A stretch of DNA of 64,000 nt from Hypanus sabinus (GCF_030144855.1 NC_082731.1:26784001-26848000), one strand, 5' to 3'. Positions 36,800 through 49,619 are shown, counted from the first letter of the stretch. The notes: a model not told the origin generated them from the sequence alone. A program made the numbers and translations.

Positions 36800-38727
36800 G
36801 ATGATATGATAGATTGGGTGAACCAAATTGGTAAGGGTGCTGAGGAAAAGGATTTCTCGGAGTGTATGCAAGTTGGTTTTCTGAACCAACGTGTCGAGGA
36901 ACCAACTAGAGAACAGGCCATTCTAGATTGGGCATTGAGCAATGAGGAAGGGTTAGTTAGCAATCTTGTCGTGCGAGGCCCCTTGGGTAAGAGTGACCAT
37001 ATTATGGAGGAATTCTTCATTAAGATGGAGAGTGACATAATTAATTCAGAAACAAAGGCTCTGAACTTAAAGAAGGATGACTTTGAAGGTATGAGACGTG
37101 AATTAGCTGAGATAGACTGGCAAATGATACTTAAAGGGTTGACTGTGGATATGCAATGGCAAGCATTTAAAGACCGCATGGATGAACTACAACAATTGTT
37201 CATCCCAGTTTGGCAAAAGAATAAACCAGGTAAGGTAGTGCACCCATGGGTGACAAGGGAAATTAGGGTTGGTATCAAGTCCAAAGAAGAAACATATAAA
37301 TTAGCCAAAAAAAGCAGCACACCTGAGGACTGGGAGAAATTCAGAGACCAGCAGAGGAGGACAAAGGGCTTAATTAGGAAAGGGAAAAAAGGTTATGAGA
37401 GAAAGCTGGCAGGGAACATAAAAACTGACTGTAAAAGCTGTTATAGGTATGTGAAAAGAAAAAGATTGGTCAAGACAAATGTAGGTCCTTTACAGTCAGA
37501 AACAGGTGAATTGATCATAGGGAACAATGACATGGCAGACCAATTGAATAAGTACTTTGGTTCTGTCTTCATTAAGGAGGACATAGTAAGGGACCAAGGG
37601 TCTAGTGAGATGGAGGAACTGAGGGAAATACATGTTAGTAGGGAAGTGGTGTTAGGTAAATTGAAGGGATTAAAGGCAGATAAATCCCCAAGGCCAGATG
37701 GTCTGGATCCCAGAGAGCTTCAGGAAGTAGCCCAAGAAATAGTGGATGCAAAAGTGATAATTTTTCAAAACTCCTTAGATTCTGGAATAGTTCCTGAGGA
37801 TTGGAGGGTGGCAAATGTAACCAGAGACTGGTTAGTCTGACATCGGTGGTGGGGAAAATGCTAGAGTCGGTTATCAAAGATGTGATAACAGCACATTTGG
37901 AAAGAGGTGAAATCATTGGACAAAGTCAGCATGGATTTGTGAAAGGAAAATCATGTCTGACGAAACTTATAGAATTTTCTGAAGATGTAACTAGTAGCGT
38001 GGATGGGGGAGAGCCAGTGGATGTGGTATATTTAGATTTTCAAAAGGCTTTTGACAAGGTCCCACACGGGAGATTAGTGTGCAAACTTAAAACACACGGT
38101 ATTGGGGGCATGGTATTGATGTGGACAGAGAATTGGTTGGCAGACAGGCAGCAAAGAGTGGGAGTAAACAGCACCTTTTCAGAATGGCAGGCAGTGACTA
38201 GTGGGGTACCGCAAGGCTCAGTGCAGGGACCCCAGTTTTTTACAATATATTTTAATGATTTAGACAAGGGAATTAAATGCAGCATCTCCAAGTTTGCAGA
38301 TGACACGAAGCTGGGCAGTAGTGTTAGCTGTGAGGAGGATGCTAAGTGGATACAGGGTGACTTGGATAGGTTAGGTGAGTGGGCAAATTCATGGCAGATG
38401 CAATTTAATGTGGATAAATGTGAGGTTATCCACTGTGGTTGCAAGAACAGGAAAACAGATTATTATCTGAACGGTGGCCAATTAGGAAAAGAGGAGGTGC
38501 AATGAGACCTTGGTGTCATTGTACACTAGTCATTGAAGGTGGGCATGCAGGTACAGCAGGCGGTGAAAAAGGCAAATGGTATGTTGGCATTCATAGCAAA
38601 AAGATTTGAGTACAGGAGCAGGGAGGTTCTACTGCAGTTGTACAAGGCCTTGGTCAGACCGCACCTAATGTATTGTGTGCAGTTTTGGTCCCCTAATCTG
38701 AGGAAAGACATTCTTGCCATAGATTTG
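36800..38727 (+). mobile_element. CR1 LINE, truncated at both ends, same subfamily as 25270-27310
   Basis: ORFs 36806-37840 (344 aa) and 37801-38505 with endonuclease and RT motifs. Confidence 0.95.
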
Positions 38728-38734
38728 AAATAAC

Positions 38735-38875
38735 ATTGATTATATTTCAAAGAACCTGTCCTGGGCCCAGCAATTAAGTGAGATTATGAAGAAAGCAGGG
38801 CAATGCCTCTACTTCCTTAGAAGTTTGCAAAGATTCGGCATGGCATTCAAAACTTCAGCAGACTTCTATAGTTGT
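38735..38875 (+). mobile_element. Rex1/Babar fragment
   Basis: gcaatgcctctacttccttagaagtttgcaaagattcggcatg motif. Confidence 0.7.
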
Positions 38876-39353
38876 GTGAGGATGGAAAGATAAGAGAACT
38901 TTGGATGTCCAGAGCGGTGATGAAATTATGCAAGAAGAAAAAGGAAAAGTATGTGAAGCTTCAGAAGTTCAGATCAAATGAAACACAGGAGGAGTATAAA
39001 GAATTCAGAAAAGGACTAAAAAAGGGAATTGGGAAAGCTAGGAGGCGTCATGAAAAGTCCTTGGGAAGTTGGAATAAGGTGAATCCCAAGGCATTCTATA
39101 CATACATCAAGAGGAAACATCAAGAGGGTGGGCCACTCGAGGATAAAGGGGAGAAGATTTGCTTGGATGCAGAGCATGTGAGTGTGGTACTTAGTGAGCA
39201 CTTTGCTTTAGTGTTTACTAAGGAAAAAGGATATGGAAGACAGGAGCTAAGTGCTGAGTGTCGAGAGGAATTGCTGGGCCTCCTAATGAGTATTAAGGTG
39301 GGTAAGTCTGCAGGGCCTGGTGGGAATTACCCCAAGTTGTTGAAGGAGGCAGA

Positions 39354-39761
39354 TGTCACTGGGGTTTGTATATGGCTGAAGTGTGGAGCAAGGGACACTG
39401 AAGCGGGTCGATAGTTCACAAACATTAATTCGAACAGAGTTAGAGGGAAAAGAAAACAATTTATGTTCGGCCAAACAGGGCCACTAAAAAAACTCAAGTG
39501 GAAAATAAAGATGACACTGCGGCTGAAAGGAATAACTCAATATAAAACGAATACCACTAGTCTTCAGAGTCAATTGACTTGACAGCCATTTCTCAGGCAA
39601 GGCTGAATGCAAGAAGGTAGCAAAGCATTACTGTGCTGGGTTCAAGTCTCGACAAGCACTATGATGGAAAGAATGGAGTTAAATACTATCACAGTGAAAT
39701 AGTAATTAGCCGACAGTGCAATTGTCATATCTGCTGCACTGCTGAATCTGTGGTTGTGACA
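39354..39761 (-). repeat. Gypsy 3' LTR
   Basis: TGTCAC...GTGACA termini; similar to 43641-43787. Confidence 0.85.
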
Positions 39762-39881
39762 GGGCCACCCCCTCCAGGTGCAGCCCCTGAGGCGGCAGAA
39801 ACCTGTGTCCGCTGGACGTCTCAGATCATTGACTTGTCCAAGATATCATCTGCCGGGATCCAAGTTCATTCTTTTGAAACA

Positions 39882-40060
39882 TAAGAGGATGCAGGGTGAC
39901 TTGGATAGGTTAGGTGAGTGGGCAAATTCATGGCAGATGCAATTTAATGTGGATAAATGTGAGGTTATCCAATTTGGTTGCAAGAATAGGAAAACAGATT
40001 ATTATCTGAACGGTGGCTAATTAGGAAAAGAGGAGGTGCAATGAGACCTTGGTGTCATTG
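39882..40060 (+). mobile_element. Internal CR1 fragment inside the Gypsy chromodomain
   Basis: Near-identical to about 38345-38521; no CR1 tail, no TSD. Confidence 0.85.
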
Positions 40061-43000
40061 GCTTCCCAGTTCACAAGGTACTGAAGCTTACCACATACCC
40101 AGTGAGATGCCAAGAGGCACCACACTGTAAAGACAAGGGAACTATCTATCATATGGGGAGGAGGGGGAGATGGGGTGACTGGGAGCAGGGGAGAGGTTGT
40201 AACTGGCTTGAGCCAGGAGACATGGAATACTGGGTGGATCTTCAATGGTGCTGGTAGACTCAATCTATGTGACTCCTTGTTGACAGCCTTTTCCACTACA
40301 AATGGTCCCACGTAGCACAGTGCCAATTTCCTGCCATGGACTTTCAGGGGAAGATCCTTTGGTGCCAAGCAGACCTCCTCTCCTGGTTTGAATGGCCTTA
40401 CCTGTTGATGGAGCTGGTCAGTCTCCTGGAAATGTTGTTTCTGGGCACGCAGCAGAGTATCCCAGGCTCGTCTCCAGGTGCCCTTGTAGTGCTAGATCAG
40501 CTGTTCAGCAGCAGGAATTCCTACATCAATCTCCTGTTCAGGGAAGAGAGGAGCTGAAATGCCTTCTGGCATTCAAAGGGAGACATACCTGTGGAAGACA
40601 ACTGGAGGTTATTGTAGGCTATCTCTGCCTAAACCAATTGGGAGCTCTAGGACTTGGGATCAGAAGAGGCAGGGTTGCCTCCAACTCCTGGTGTACTCTC
40701 TGTCTGTCAATTAGATTGGGTGTGGAAACCAGACCAGAGGCTGGTCGTGGATACTACAAGAGAACAGAAAGCCTTCCAAAAGTGGGAAGTGAACTGTGAT
40801 CCACAATCAGACGCTACGTCTTGAGGAAAGCCATGGAGCCTGAACACATGTTGAACTATCATTAGACAGATGCAGCCTCAGTGATGAAAACTACTGAGAG
40901 GTGGGACCAGGGGCAGTGGACCACAGGCAGTGGACAGACCTGCAGAATGCTGGCAGGATGTCTTGTTCTGACCTCATGTGGGACGGGCAGATACAAAGCC
41001 ATGGACATCCTGGGACATAGATGGCCATGAAAATTGTCTCTTTATAAACTGCTGAGTCCATTGAATTCCTGGGTGACCAGTCAGACGGGAGGAATAACCC
41101 AATTCCAAAAGTAGAATGCACCACAGCAGGAACAAACAGTCGGTTGGCTGGTCCCCATCTGGGCCTGGGTCTGACTGCTGGGCGACCCTCACCTCTGTCT
41201 CTATTCCCAGATCCCCAGAGAAAAAATGGGCTCTGGATCAGCATTGTCCTCGGATCTGTTTTGCAAAAACAAGTTTGCAAAACCCATGAGTGCCATACCG
41301 GTTTATAGATGGTTTGGGCCACTCTGCAACTGCCTGAACTTTACTAGGGTCCATTTGAACACTGTATGGGGCAAGTATATAGCCCAAAAACGACACCTGG
41401 TCTTTATGGAATTCATATTTTTCAGGCTTGGCGTACAGGTCATTTTTAGGAAGCTGTCTGATAACTTGCCAGCCATGCTGATGTGCTCCTGATGAGAGTG
41501 GGAATAGAAAAAGATGTCATCTAAATACACAGGTACAAACTGGTTGAGCATGTCCTTGTGAGCATTGTTAAACAAGGCCTGGAATACAGTTGGCCGGACC
41601 AAATGGCATCACCAGGTACTCACAAGAGCTCTTTTCCACACATCCCCTTCTATTACGTGAAAGAAGTTTTAAGCATTGCTCAGATCAATTTTGGAAAAAA
41701 ATGGTTGCTCCCTGGAGGTATTCAAACACAGATGCCAAGAGGGGAAGAGAGTAGTAGTTCTTCAGTGATGTTCAGCAGCCAAACATCGATGCAGTGAAGG
41801 AGATTGCCATCTTTCTTGCACACAAAAAGAAGCCAGTTGCTGCTGGCAAGGTTAATGGAAGGATAAACCCTATGGCTAATGCCTCCTTGATGTATCCCTC
41901 CGTGACCACTGTTTTAGGATAGGAGAGGGCAAAGAGCCAGCCCTGAGGAGGACTAGTGCCAGGTAGGAGGTCTATGACATAGTCATGTGGCCAGTATGGA
42001 GGTAGGGTGGTAGCCTTTCTTTTACTGAAAACCTCAAGGAGATCCATATATTCAGCTGGAATCCCAGACGGGTCCACATCCTTAGCTGGCATAGGAAGAG
42101 TAATTGGAACAGAGCATAAGCTGGACTCAGGCAGATAGACAGGCATGCCGGTCCCCATACTTGGAGTACCTTCAGAGACCAATTGATCTGTGGGTTATGT
42201 TGGGATAGCCAGGTGAGACCAAGTACCAGTGGCAGTTCAGGTGAGTCAACCAGATAGAAAAGTTATTTCTTCATGATGGCTGCCTTCAAGCACCAGTTAG
42301 AGGGGTTGGGTGGAAAGGTGGATCTGGCCGGTTCCCAGAGGTCAACCATCCAGTGCTTTGATGTTGTTCTCTTCTCTTATTTCCTGAGTTGGAACTCCCC
42401 ATTTTTGAGCTAGGGAGATGTCCATGAGATTCCCAGAGGCACTGGAGACGATAAAGGCCTTAAGTTCATGAGTCTGAGACCTCCATGACGCTGTGAGCAT
42501 TATAGAATTAGGGGAAGCTGAGAGAGAACTCACCCGTCAGGATTTCCTGCCCTGCTGATGGGTATTGTTTTCCTGGATGCTTGGAACATGCCGCCAGGAA
42601 GTGTCTCAATAGAGGCAGGAACTTGTTCTTCTGTGCCATTCTCATTCCTCCTGATACAGGCGCATATGTCCTACTTACATAGGCTCCTCAGTGAACTAGG
42701 TGCTGGGTGCTGAGGGAGGCAGAGAGGGCAAGGAAAGACAGTGATCTGGTGGCACATAGGAATTTTGAAACATTCTTTCACTGTGCCACTCAGTTGCCTG
42801 GTCGTCTACTCGAATAGCCAGATTAATCAGGTTATCCAGGCTATTCTGTTCATATGGATCTCATATGAATCTCGATCTCATGCTGGACTCCTGCATTCAG
42901 TCCATACTGGAAGGCAGTAATGAGAGATCTCTCATTCCATCCCGTCTCTACTGCAAGCATACAGAATTTAACTGTGTAGGCTCTTACCATTCCTTTGCCT

Positions 43001-43640
43001 TGGTGCAGGTCCCAGAGTGGATGGGCAGCCTCCTGACCCCATACTGGAAGATAAAATGCCCTCCTTAACTTTGCCACAAAATGTCAGAACAACTGGACTG
43101 CAGTGTATCCTTGTTCCCATAAAGCATTGGACAGGCTGAGTGGAGGTCCATCTGGAAGATTGACCAGGTACGCCAGTATTCACGGATCATCACCAAAACA
43201 ACCCGGCTGGGCTTACAATGTCAGCACATTGGGTAATAAAATTCCTACTGCCATTGGGACCACCAGATTATCTGCCTGGTGATGCAATACTTGGTTCCCG
43301 CAAGGATGTGAGTGTCTGTGTGGGTCCGAAGGTGGGAGGCAGTTCAGGTCTAGGCGCAGGAACGAAAGCATTAGTAGCAGAGATTGCCAGGGCAGCAGAA
43401 CAGGAGGACCTGTCGGATGCTGGGAGTGGGACTGGGACAGCCAGAGGCTGTCATTGGCAAGAACGTTAATGGCTGTCAGCTGACACTGGCTGTCCACAGC
43501 AAGTTCATGGACAGTGGCCTTGAGCGCGGAAATCGCAAACATCTGAGTCCAATTGCCTGTGGTGAGTTGTTCAACCATTGTTTTCTCTCTCTCTCTCTCT
43601 CTCTCCCTCTCTCTCTCCCCCTCCCTCCCTCTCCCTCTCC

Positions 43641-43787
43641 AGAGTGTTGCAGTGCCAGGTTCAAGTCTCAACAAGCACTATGCCAAAAAGAATGTAGTTA
43701 AATACTATCACAATAATTAGCTGACACATGCATATTCATCAGCACAATTGCCACATCAGCTGCACTGCTGAATCTGTGGTTGGGACA
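43641..43787 (-). repeat. Gypsy 5' LTR, truncated, followed by a GA microsatellite (about 43585-43640)
   Basis: Shares ggttcaagtctc..aagcactatg..gttaaatactatcaca..ctgcactgctgaatctgtggttg with the 3' LTR. Confidence 0.8.
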
Positions 43788-44984
43788 GCAAGAAACAAGA
43801 TTGCTGGGCCTTTGTCCATGATCTTTCCCACTGGAAGACTAGCAAGTGGTTATGTTGCACCTTTTTTTAAGAAGGGAGTAAGGGAAAATCCTGGGAACTG
43901 CAGACGAGTGAGTCTCACGACAATTGTAAGGATATTGCTGGAGAAAATTCTTAGGGAGAGGATATATGAGCACTTGGAAACACATTGCCTAATTAGGGAG
44001 AGCCAGCATGGATTTGTGTGTGGCAGGTCATGCATTACCAACTTGATTGATTTTTTGACAAGATGACAGGACAGACTGATGAGAGTGGGAAAGTGGACAT
44101 TGTCTAGAAGGATTTTAGTTAGGCATATGACAAAGTTCCTCATGGGAGGCTAATCCGGAAGATTAAGATACATGGGATACACAGCAAATTAGCTGTTTGG
44201 ATTCAGAACTGTATTGCACATTGACAACAGAGGATAGCAGTTGATCTTCCCTAACAGTGTTGCTGAGCAGAGAGATCTTAGTATCCAAGTTCATAGCTCC
44301 TTGAAAGTGACTACAGAGGTCAATAAGGTGGTTAAGAAGGCTTATGGAATGCTTGATTTTATTAATAGATGCATTCAGTTAAAAAGTCAGGAGATTTTGT
44401 TGCAACTTTATAAAACTCTGGTTTGGCCACATCTGGAGTATTGCGTACAGTTCTGTTCATCCCACTATACGAAGGATGATTAGGCTTTGGAGAGGGTGCA
44501 GAAGTTGTTTACCAGGATGCTGCCTGGTTTAGAGGCAGCACAAGAGGCTGGCTAAACCCGTATTGTTTTGTATGGAGTGTCGGAGGTTGAGGGGAGATCT
44601 GATAGAGGTTTGCAAGATTATGGGAGACATAGATGGAGTGGACAGTGAGTATCTGTTTCCCAGGGTTGAAATGTCTAACAGCAAAGGGCCTGCATTGGAG
44701 GCGTGAGGGAATAGGTTCAAAGAGGATGTGAGAGATAAGATTTTTACTCAGAGAGTCATGGAATCCTGGAATGCACTGCCTGGTATGGTGGTAGAGGCAA
44801 ATACATTAGAGACTTTTAAGAGACATTTGGATAGGCACATGTACATAAGGAAGAATGAAGGATATGGACATGATGTAGGTTGGAGGGATTAGTATAGGTG
44901 TTTTTGATTTGCTTTTTAGCTGGTTTGACACAATATTGTGGGCTGAATGGCCTGTTCCTGTGCTGTACTCTTCTATATATTCGA

Positions 44985-45235
44985 TGGACTCAGTTTCAAG
45001 GACACTTCATCTTATGTTTTCAATATTTATTCCTTATTTATTATTATTATTATTTATTTTTTCTTTTGTATTTCCCCAATTGCTTGTTTGTCCATCATAC
45101 TGGGTATGGTCTTTCATTAAATCCATTTTGCTTCTTGGATTTACTGAATATGTCCACTGGAAAATGAATCTCAGGGTTGTATATAATGACATATATATAT
45201 ATATTGATAATAAATTTACTTTGAATTTCCTATTG
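44985..45235 (+). mobile_element. Rex1/Babar 3' UTR
   Basis: gaaaatgaatctcagggttgtata..gataataaatttactttga, the same tail as at about 9600-9680. Confidence 0.7.
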
Positions 45236-46639
45236 TGATTTATATGCAACCCTCTCACTGTCGGCTCATAATGAGTCTGCTATGACATTGAACACAAACT
45301 AACAGCAACATGACTCAACAATGCATGGGAATAAACTTTTCTGGGGTAAATATGATTTCAGGTATACATAACCATAAAAGCTTAAATATTCCTTCCAAGG
45401 AAAACAAAGGATGTTACTGTGTGATCACTGACATATCCATACAAATTTATTGTTTGCCAGGAGACAATAACTTAACTCAAGCCAGTATAGCCTTAGATCA
45501 AAAATGTATTGACAAAAAAGTTTAAACTATAACAAGCAGAGTAATACTATATGATACAAAATAAAGAAAAGGCCCATCACATTTCTATACAAATAATAGT
45601 CTATGTTGTGCACAGAATCATTGGAGCTCATTGTTGCATAATCGATCTTCAGTTGGACAGTCTCACCATGCTCTTCTCTGACGTTCATTGACCATTTCCA
45701 TTCTCCCTCTTTTAACATGTGCTCTCACTGAAGAAATGACTCCCCATACTTTCCCTGAGCTCTCTTGAACAAGAGATGTTATCAAGCCAAATCCTGTTGG
45801 CTAATTCAACAAGCCTGGCTTAATCAACTAAATTTTCTATTTTAAATAACAAAAATTTGATGGTATAATGTAATTAAAGGAACATTTTCCATTTTGAAAA
45901 ACCTGCAAAAAATAAAAATACCCTAACTGTATTAATAAGATAAAACATGGTCTTAAATCAGGCTGTTGTATTCTTCCCCCACCACCTCCCGACTGACAAG
46001 TCCTTATGCCTTTGCAGACCGACGTTTATCAAACTCAATAACACAACACATATTCAGTAACAATAACAGTTGTGTTCACACTTAGGATCTCACAATTCAT
46101 ACATTTCAGTGATGCTGACTCAGAGTGCGGCCTCTGAACAGCAGATACAGAAACACAGTCTATGTACAGTAGCTCACTGGTTGGGGTTAGAGTGACATTG
46201 GTTCTGTGGGTTGATGGTTGAGGAATTTCCCTGTTATCCTGGGGAAGAGCTCCAATGCAGCAGGAAAGTCCTGAATTCAGATGAATTACATGGAGAGCCA
46301 GTGGCCAAGGGTCACTTCAGGGATCCCAGTGACTCTTAAAGGTTTCCCCCTGCACCAGACATTGTTATCACTACCAAGACCATTGAATCCCTTGTCTATC
46401 TCCAATAGACAGGCATTGGATGGAGGCACTGCTGTTCATGGGGTTTTAAGTCTAAAAGAATAGACCCAAGAATTTTCAAGGCAGTTTGGCAATACTGGGA
46501 CGTGGAAATGGTGTTGAAGACTATGCTTTCTGTTGAGTTATCTGCTTAGTCCTCAAAACAAGAAAGTGCTGTCTGTGTGGAATTTGCACATCATCCCTGT
46601 AGTTGCTCTTGATCTCCTGCCATTTCCCAAACATTTATT

Positions 46640-46910
46640 TATTTATTGAGATAGAGTATAGATTAGGCTTTTCCTGTCCTTTGAACCATATCACCCAACA
46701 ACCCCCAGTTTAATCCTAGCCTAATCATGGGACAATTTATCTAACGGTTCATCTTTGGACTGCGGGAGGAAACCGGAGCACACAGAGAAAACTTGCATAT
46801 TCCATGGGAAGGAGGTACAGACTCCTTACAGATGACATCGGAACTGAACTCTGAACTCCAATGCCCCGAGCTATAATAGCATTGCGCTAACCACTACACT
46901 ACCATTGCGT
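46640..46910 (-). mobile_element. HE1/V-SINE-like SINE
   Basis: tRNA-like head (ggtagtgtagtggttagcgcaatg on the minus strand), core tgtgctccggtttcctcccgcagtccaaaga, CR1-like tail. Confidence 0.7.
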
Positions 46911-47824
46911 CCCTTTTGCTGGTCAGTTAATTGACAAAGTATAAATTACCCTTCATGTACAGGTGAAGTGTTCTGAGGGAGCCAGGTGGGGGAAGGGGTT
47001 GGTGATCTGGGGGTGTAAATTGTTGAGAATGTGAGAATTAAAATAATGGGACTAATATTGGATTAATGTAACTGTGTGGTTGATAATGGCGTGGAATCCA
47101 GGATGAAGGGACTTTTTTCATTGCAGTATCATTCTATGACTCCATCTCTTCAGGGATGGTGAAACAAAGCAATTGTAAGTGTTTCTTTAGCTAATAATTA
47201 AAAGGAGGAAATTCTGTCCCGATTAGGTAAAGGATTGTGGAGAGACATCAGAAGAGACTGGTATGGAAAAACATTTCCAAACTCGTTGTTCATTCAAGAA
47301 TGCATCAATAATATTTCTCAGAGATACGTGGAATGTAATCAGTGTCTCTGGTGAGAAGAATTGTTTTTTTCTGCCAAACAAATTTAATTTTGAGACGTGG
47401 AGCAATGGTGCCTCTATGAATTTATTCACATGGTCTTTTCTCCGTGGAAAGTGGAGATCATAGTGAGATGAAATTTCTTTCAGCTCTTTTAGCTTCTGTT
47501 TTTTTTTAACATTTAATTATCAATTTTTTCAGCTCTAGAGAAAGGCTTTGACTTGAGATATTGTGTTGTTTCTCCCTCCACAGATATGACTGACCTGTCA
47601 TGTATCTTCAGGAGTTTTTTATTTATGATTTACAATATGTACAGTTATTTTTCTCTCAGTGACTATTTTATTTTGCTTGTGGTAGATCAGATAGCAATGG
47701 ACTGAAGTCAATTTGATGGAAGGAATTTGGTGATTTTCAATGATAAATCTGCAAACACTGAAGGTCAGCAACACCTCCAATAATTGATGTTTCAGTCAAA
47801 TTTGTGTTCTAATAGTAACTGACA

Positions 47825-49200
47825 TTTTCTGGGACTCAGTGTAACGGTCAAACAGAGGGACTGCTGGACAAGGTGGGTGAAATAGTGTACAGGATAATCC
47901 ACTGTGTCAGGAGCCTGCAGTAGCTCTTTGGATCAATATATCAGAGAAAGGGTATGAGATTCATTCACTAGTTGGTAACTCACTGACAGTGTAGAGCTCT
48001 ACCATAGGACATTGTATACAATCCTTATTTCCTCTTGTCTTCAGCGAATCGTTACCTTTTCCACTCATTCTCCTGATCTCTTTCCATTTCATCTCCATTT
48101 CCCTTGTGGTCAATTTCTTTATTGATCTCTGTTTTTATTCTCTCTCTCTTTCAGTCTCTCTTCTGCTTTGTCATCGTTCTTTTTGTCTCACTATATCTGA
48201 TCCATTCATTCTCCAACTCATTCATTCTTTCCTCTCGCCATCACTCTTTCTCTCCATTCCCACTTTCTTTCCTCCTGCTTCTTTGCAGATTCCCCTGTAT
48301 AACTTCCAGGGTTTGATAACCTGCCAGTCACGTCATTTTATTTCATAACATTTACCTGTGTTTTCTGTTCTTCACTGACTGCCTCACTATTTTCTGATTA
48401 TGGATTCTGCTCTCCCACTTCGCAATCTGAAGCAGACTGTTCTGGGTTATCAGCCCCTGTTCATCAGCGAGGATTACAGAGGTGCATTTGCATCCTTTGA
48501 TAGCCATCAGTGTGAAATAATTGGATAATGTGAACCAACAACAACACCATGCATTTAGACAGTGGCTTTAATATGGATTTCATCTAACTCTTGTTGATAG
48601 GACTTTGGCAAATTTTGTCAATTTAACTATTTTGCAATTATGTTGAGTTGAGCACTAACATCTCATGAGTTGGCACACTTGGTGATGTGTGTGTATTGCC
48701 TGCCTAGCTACACTCCATTTCATTCCCACCAGCACTGATGCACCGTAGGTATTGTCTGTTTGGTGTTTTCAAGAGTAACTTTTCTCTGCAATGTAACCTG
48801 AACAAGTTTTATTTTGCTTTGGTGATGATTACATTCTGCCTGTGGTAACCCAGGTGCAAATTCGAACTGACCTGCTGCAGGGATTCAACAGTTTCTTTCC
48901 AGCAGATTGTGTGTTGCTTTGAATTCCAGCATCTGCAGTCTCTAGAGTCTAGATTCAAGCTGACTTGACAGAAAACATTTGTTACTTTGTAGTGACAATC
49001 TACATCCACTGCAGATCAGAGGAACACCTCTGAAAAAAGGTACAGTATTGAGCTTTCAGTTGAACTGGCTGCTGTAATAGCATCCTCGAGCCAGCCACTG
49101 GGTGTCAGTGTTACAGCCAGTCACAGATGGATTGTAGGTAGTCTCTGGTGAAACAGTGCACAGGAGGAGTCCATTGTGCCAGAATGTCCTGCGACTAAAG
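47825..49200 (+). repeat. Unclassified duplicated module, copy A
   Basis: See copy B; a subunit of about 200 bp (gagggactgctggacaa..gtgaaacagtgcacagga..ccactgtg) recurs at both ends of each copy. Confidence 0.8.
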
Positions 49201-49619
49201 TAGCTCTTGAGGTCAATATTTCACATTGCAACATGATTTCCTCCAAACCACAAAGACATGCTTGTTGGTTGGTTAATTGGTTACTGTAAATTGCTCTCAG
49301 TGCAGATTGATAAAGTCTCACAGCATAAAACAGGCCTTTAGCACAAGTTGTCCATTGCGATCAAGATAGCCCCATTTCCCAGTGTTTGAACCATAACCAT
49401 CAAAAATGTACCTCTCCATGTACCTATCCAAGTGCTTTTAAAAGTTGTTATTTACTAAACTCATCTGGTAGTATATTTTACAAATTTTCCACAATTTCTG
49501 TTTAAAAAATCCTTTAAGTTCCGATTAAATCTTTCCACTCTCAACTGAAACCTATGTGCTCTAGTTCTTGATTCTCCAACCTTAGGTAAAAGTCTGAATG
49601 GATTCATCACAGTTGTGTC

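Larger units (their letters stand above)
39354..43787 (-). mobile_element. Ty3/Gypsy chromovirus-type LTR retrotransposon, decayed
   Basis: gag (WNERSLITAFQYGL), protease region, RT (VPVYLDDIFFYS), integrase GPF + chromodomain (YVGPF..HPVFHVSWLKP..YLVNWE..WIPADDILD), polypurine tract GGAGGGGG before the 3' LTR; flanks gcaga/gcaag resemble a degenerate TSD. Confidence 0.9.
38876..44970 (+). mobile_element. CR1 LINE split by the Gypsy insertion (38876-39353 and 43788-44970)
   Basis: PKLLKEA | EIAGPLSMIF continuity across the insertion; CR1 3' end near 44960. Confidence 0.85.

Noticed and set aside
43213-43701. Overlapping ORFs of 100-150 aa near 43.2-43.7 kb
   Set aside because: Gypsy gag N-terminus, its antisense, and microsatellite read-through.
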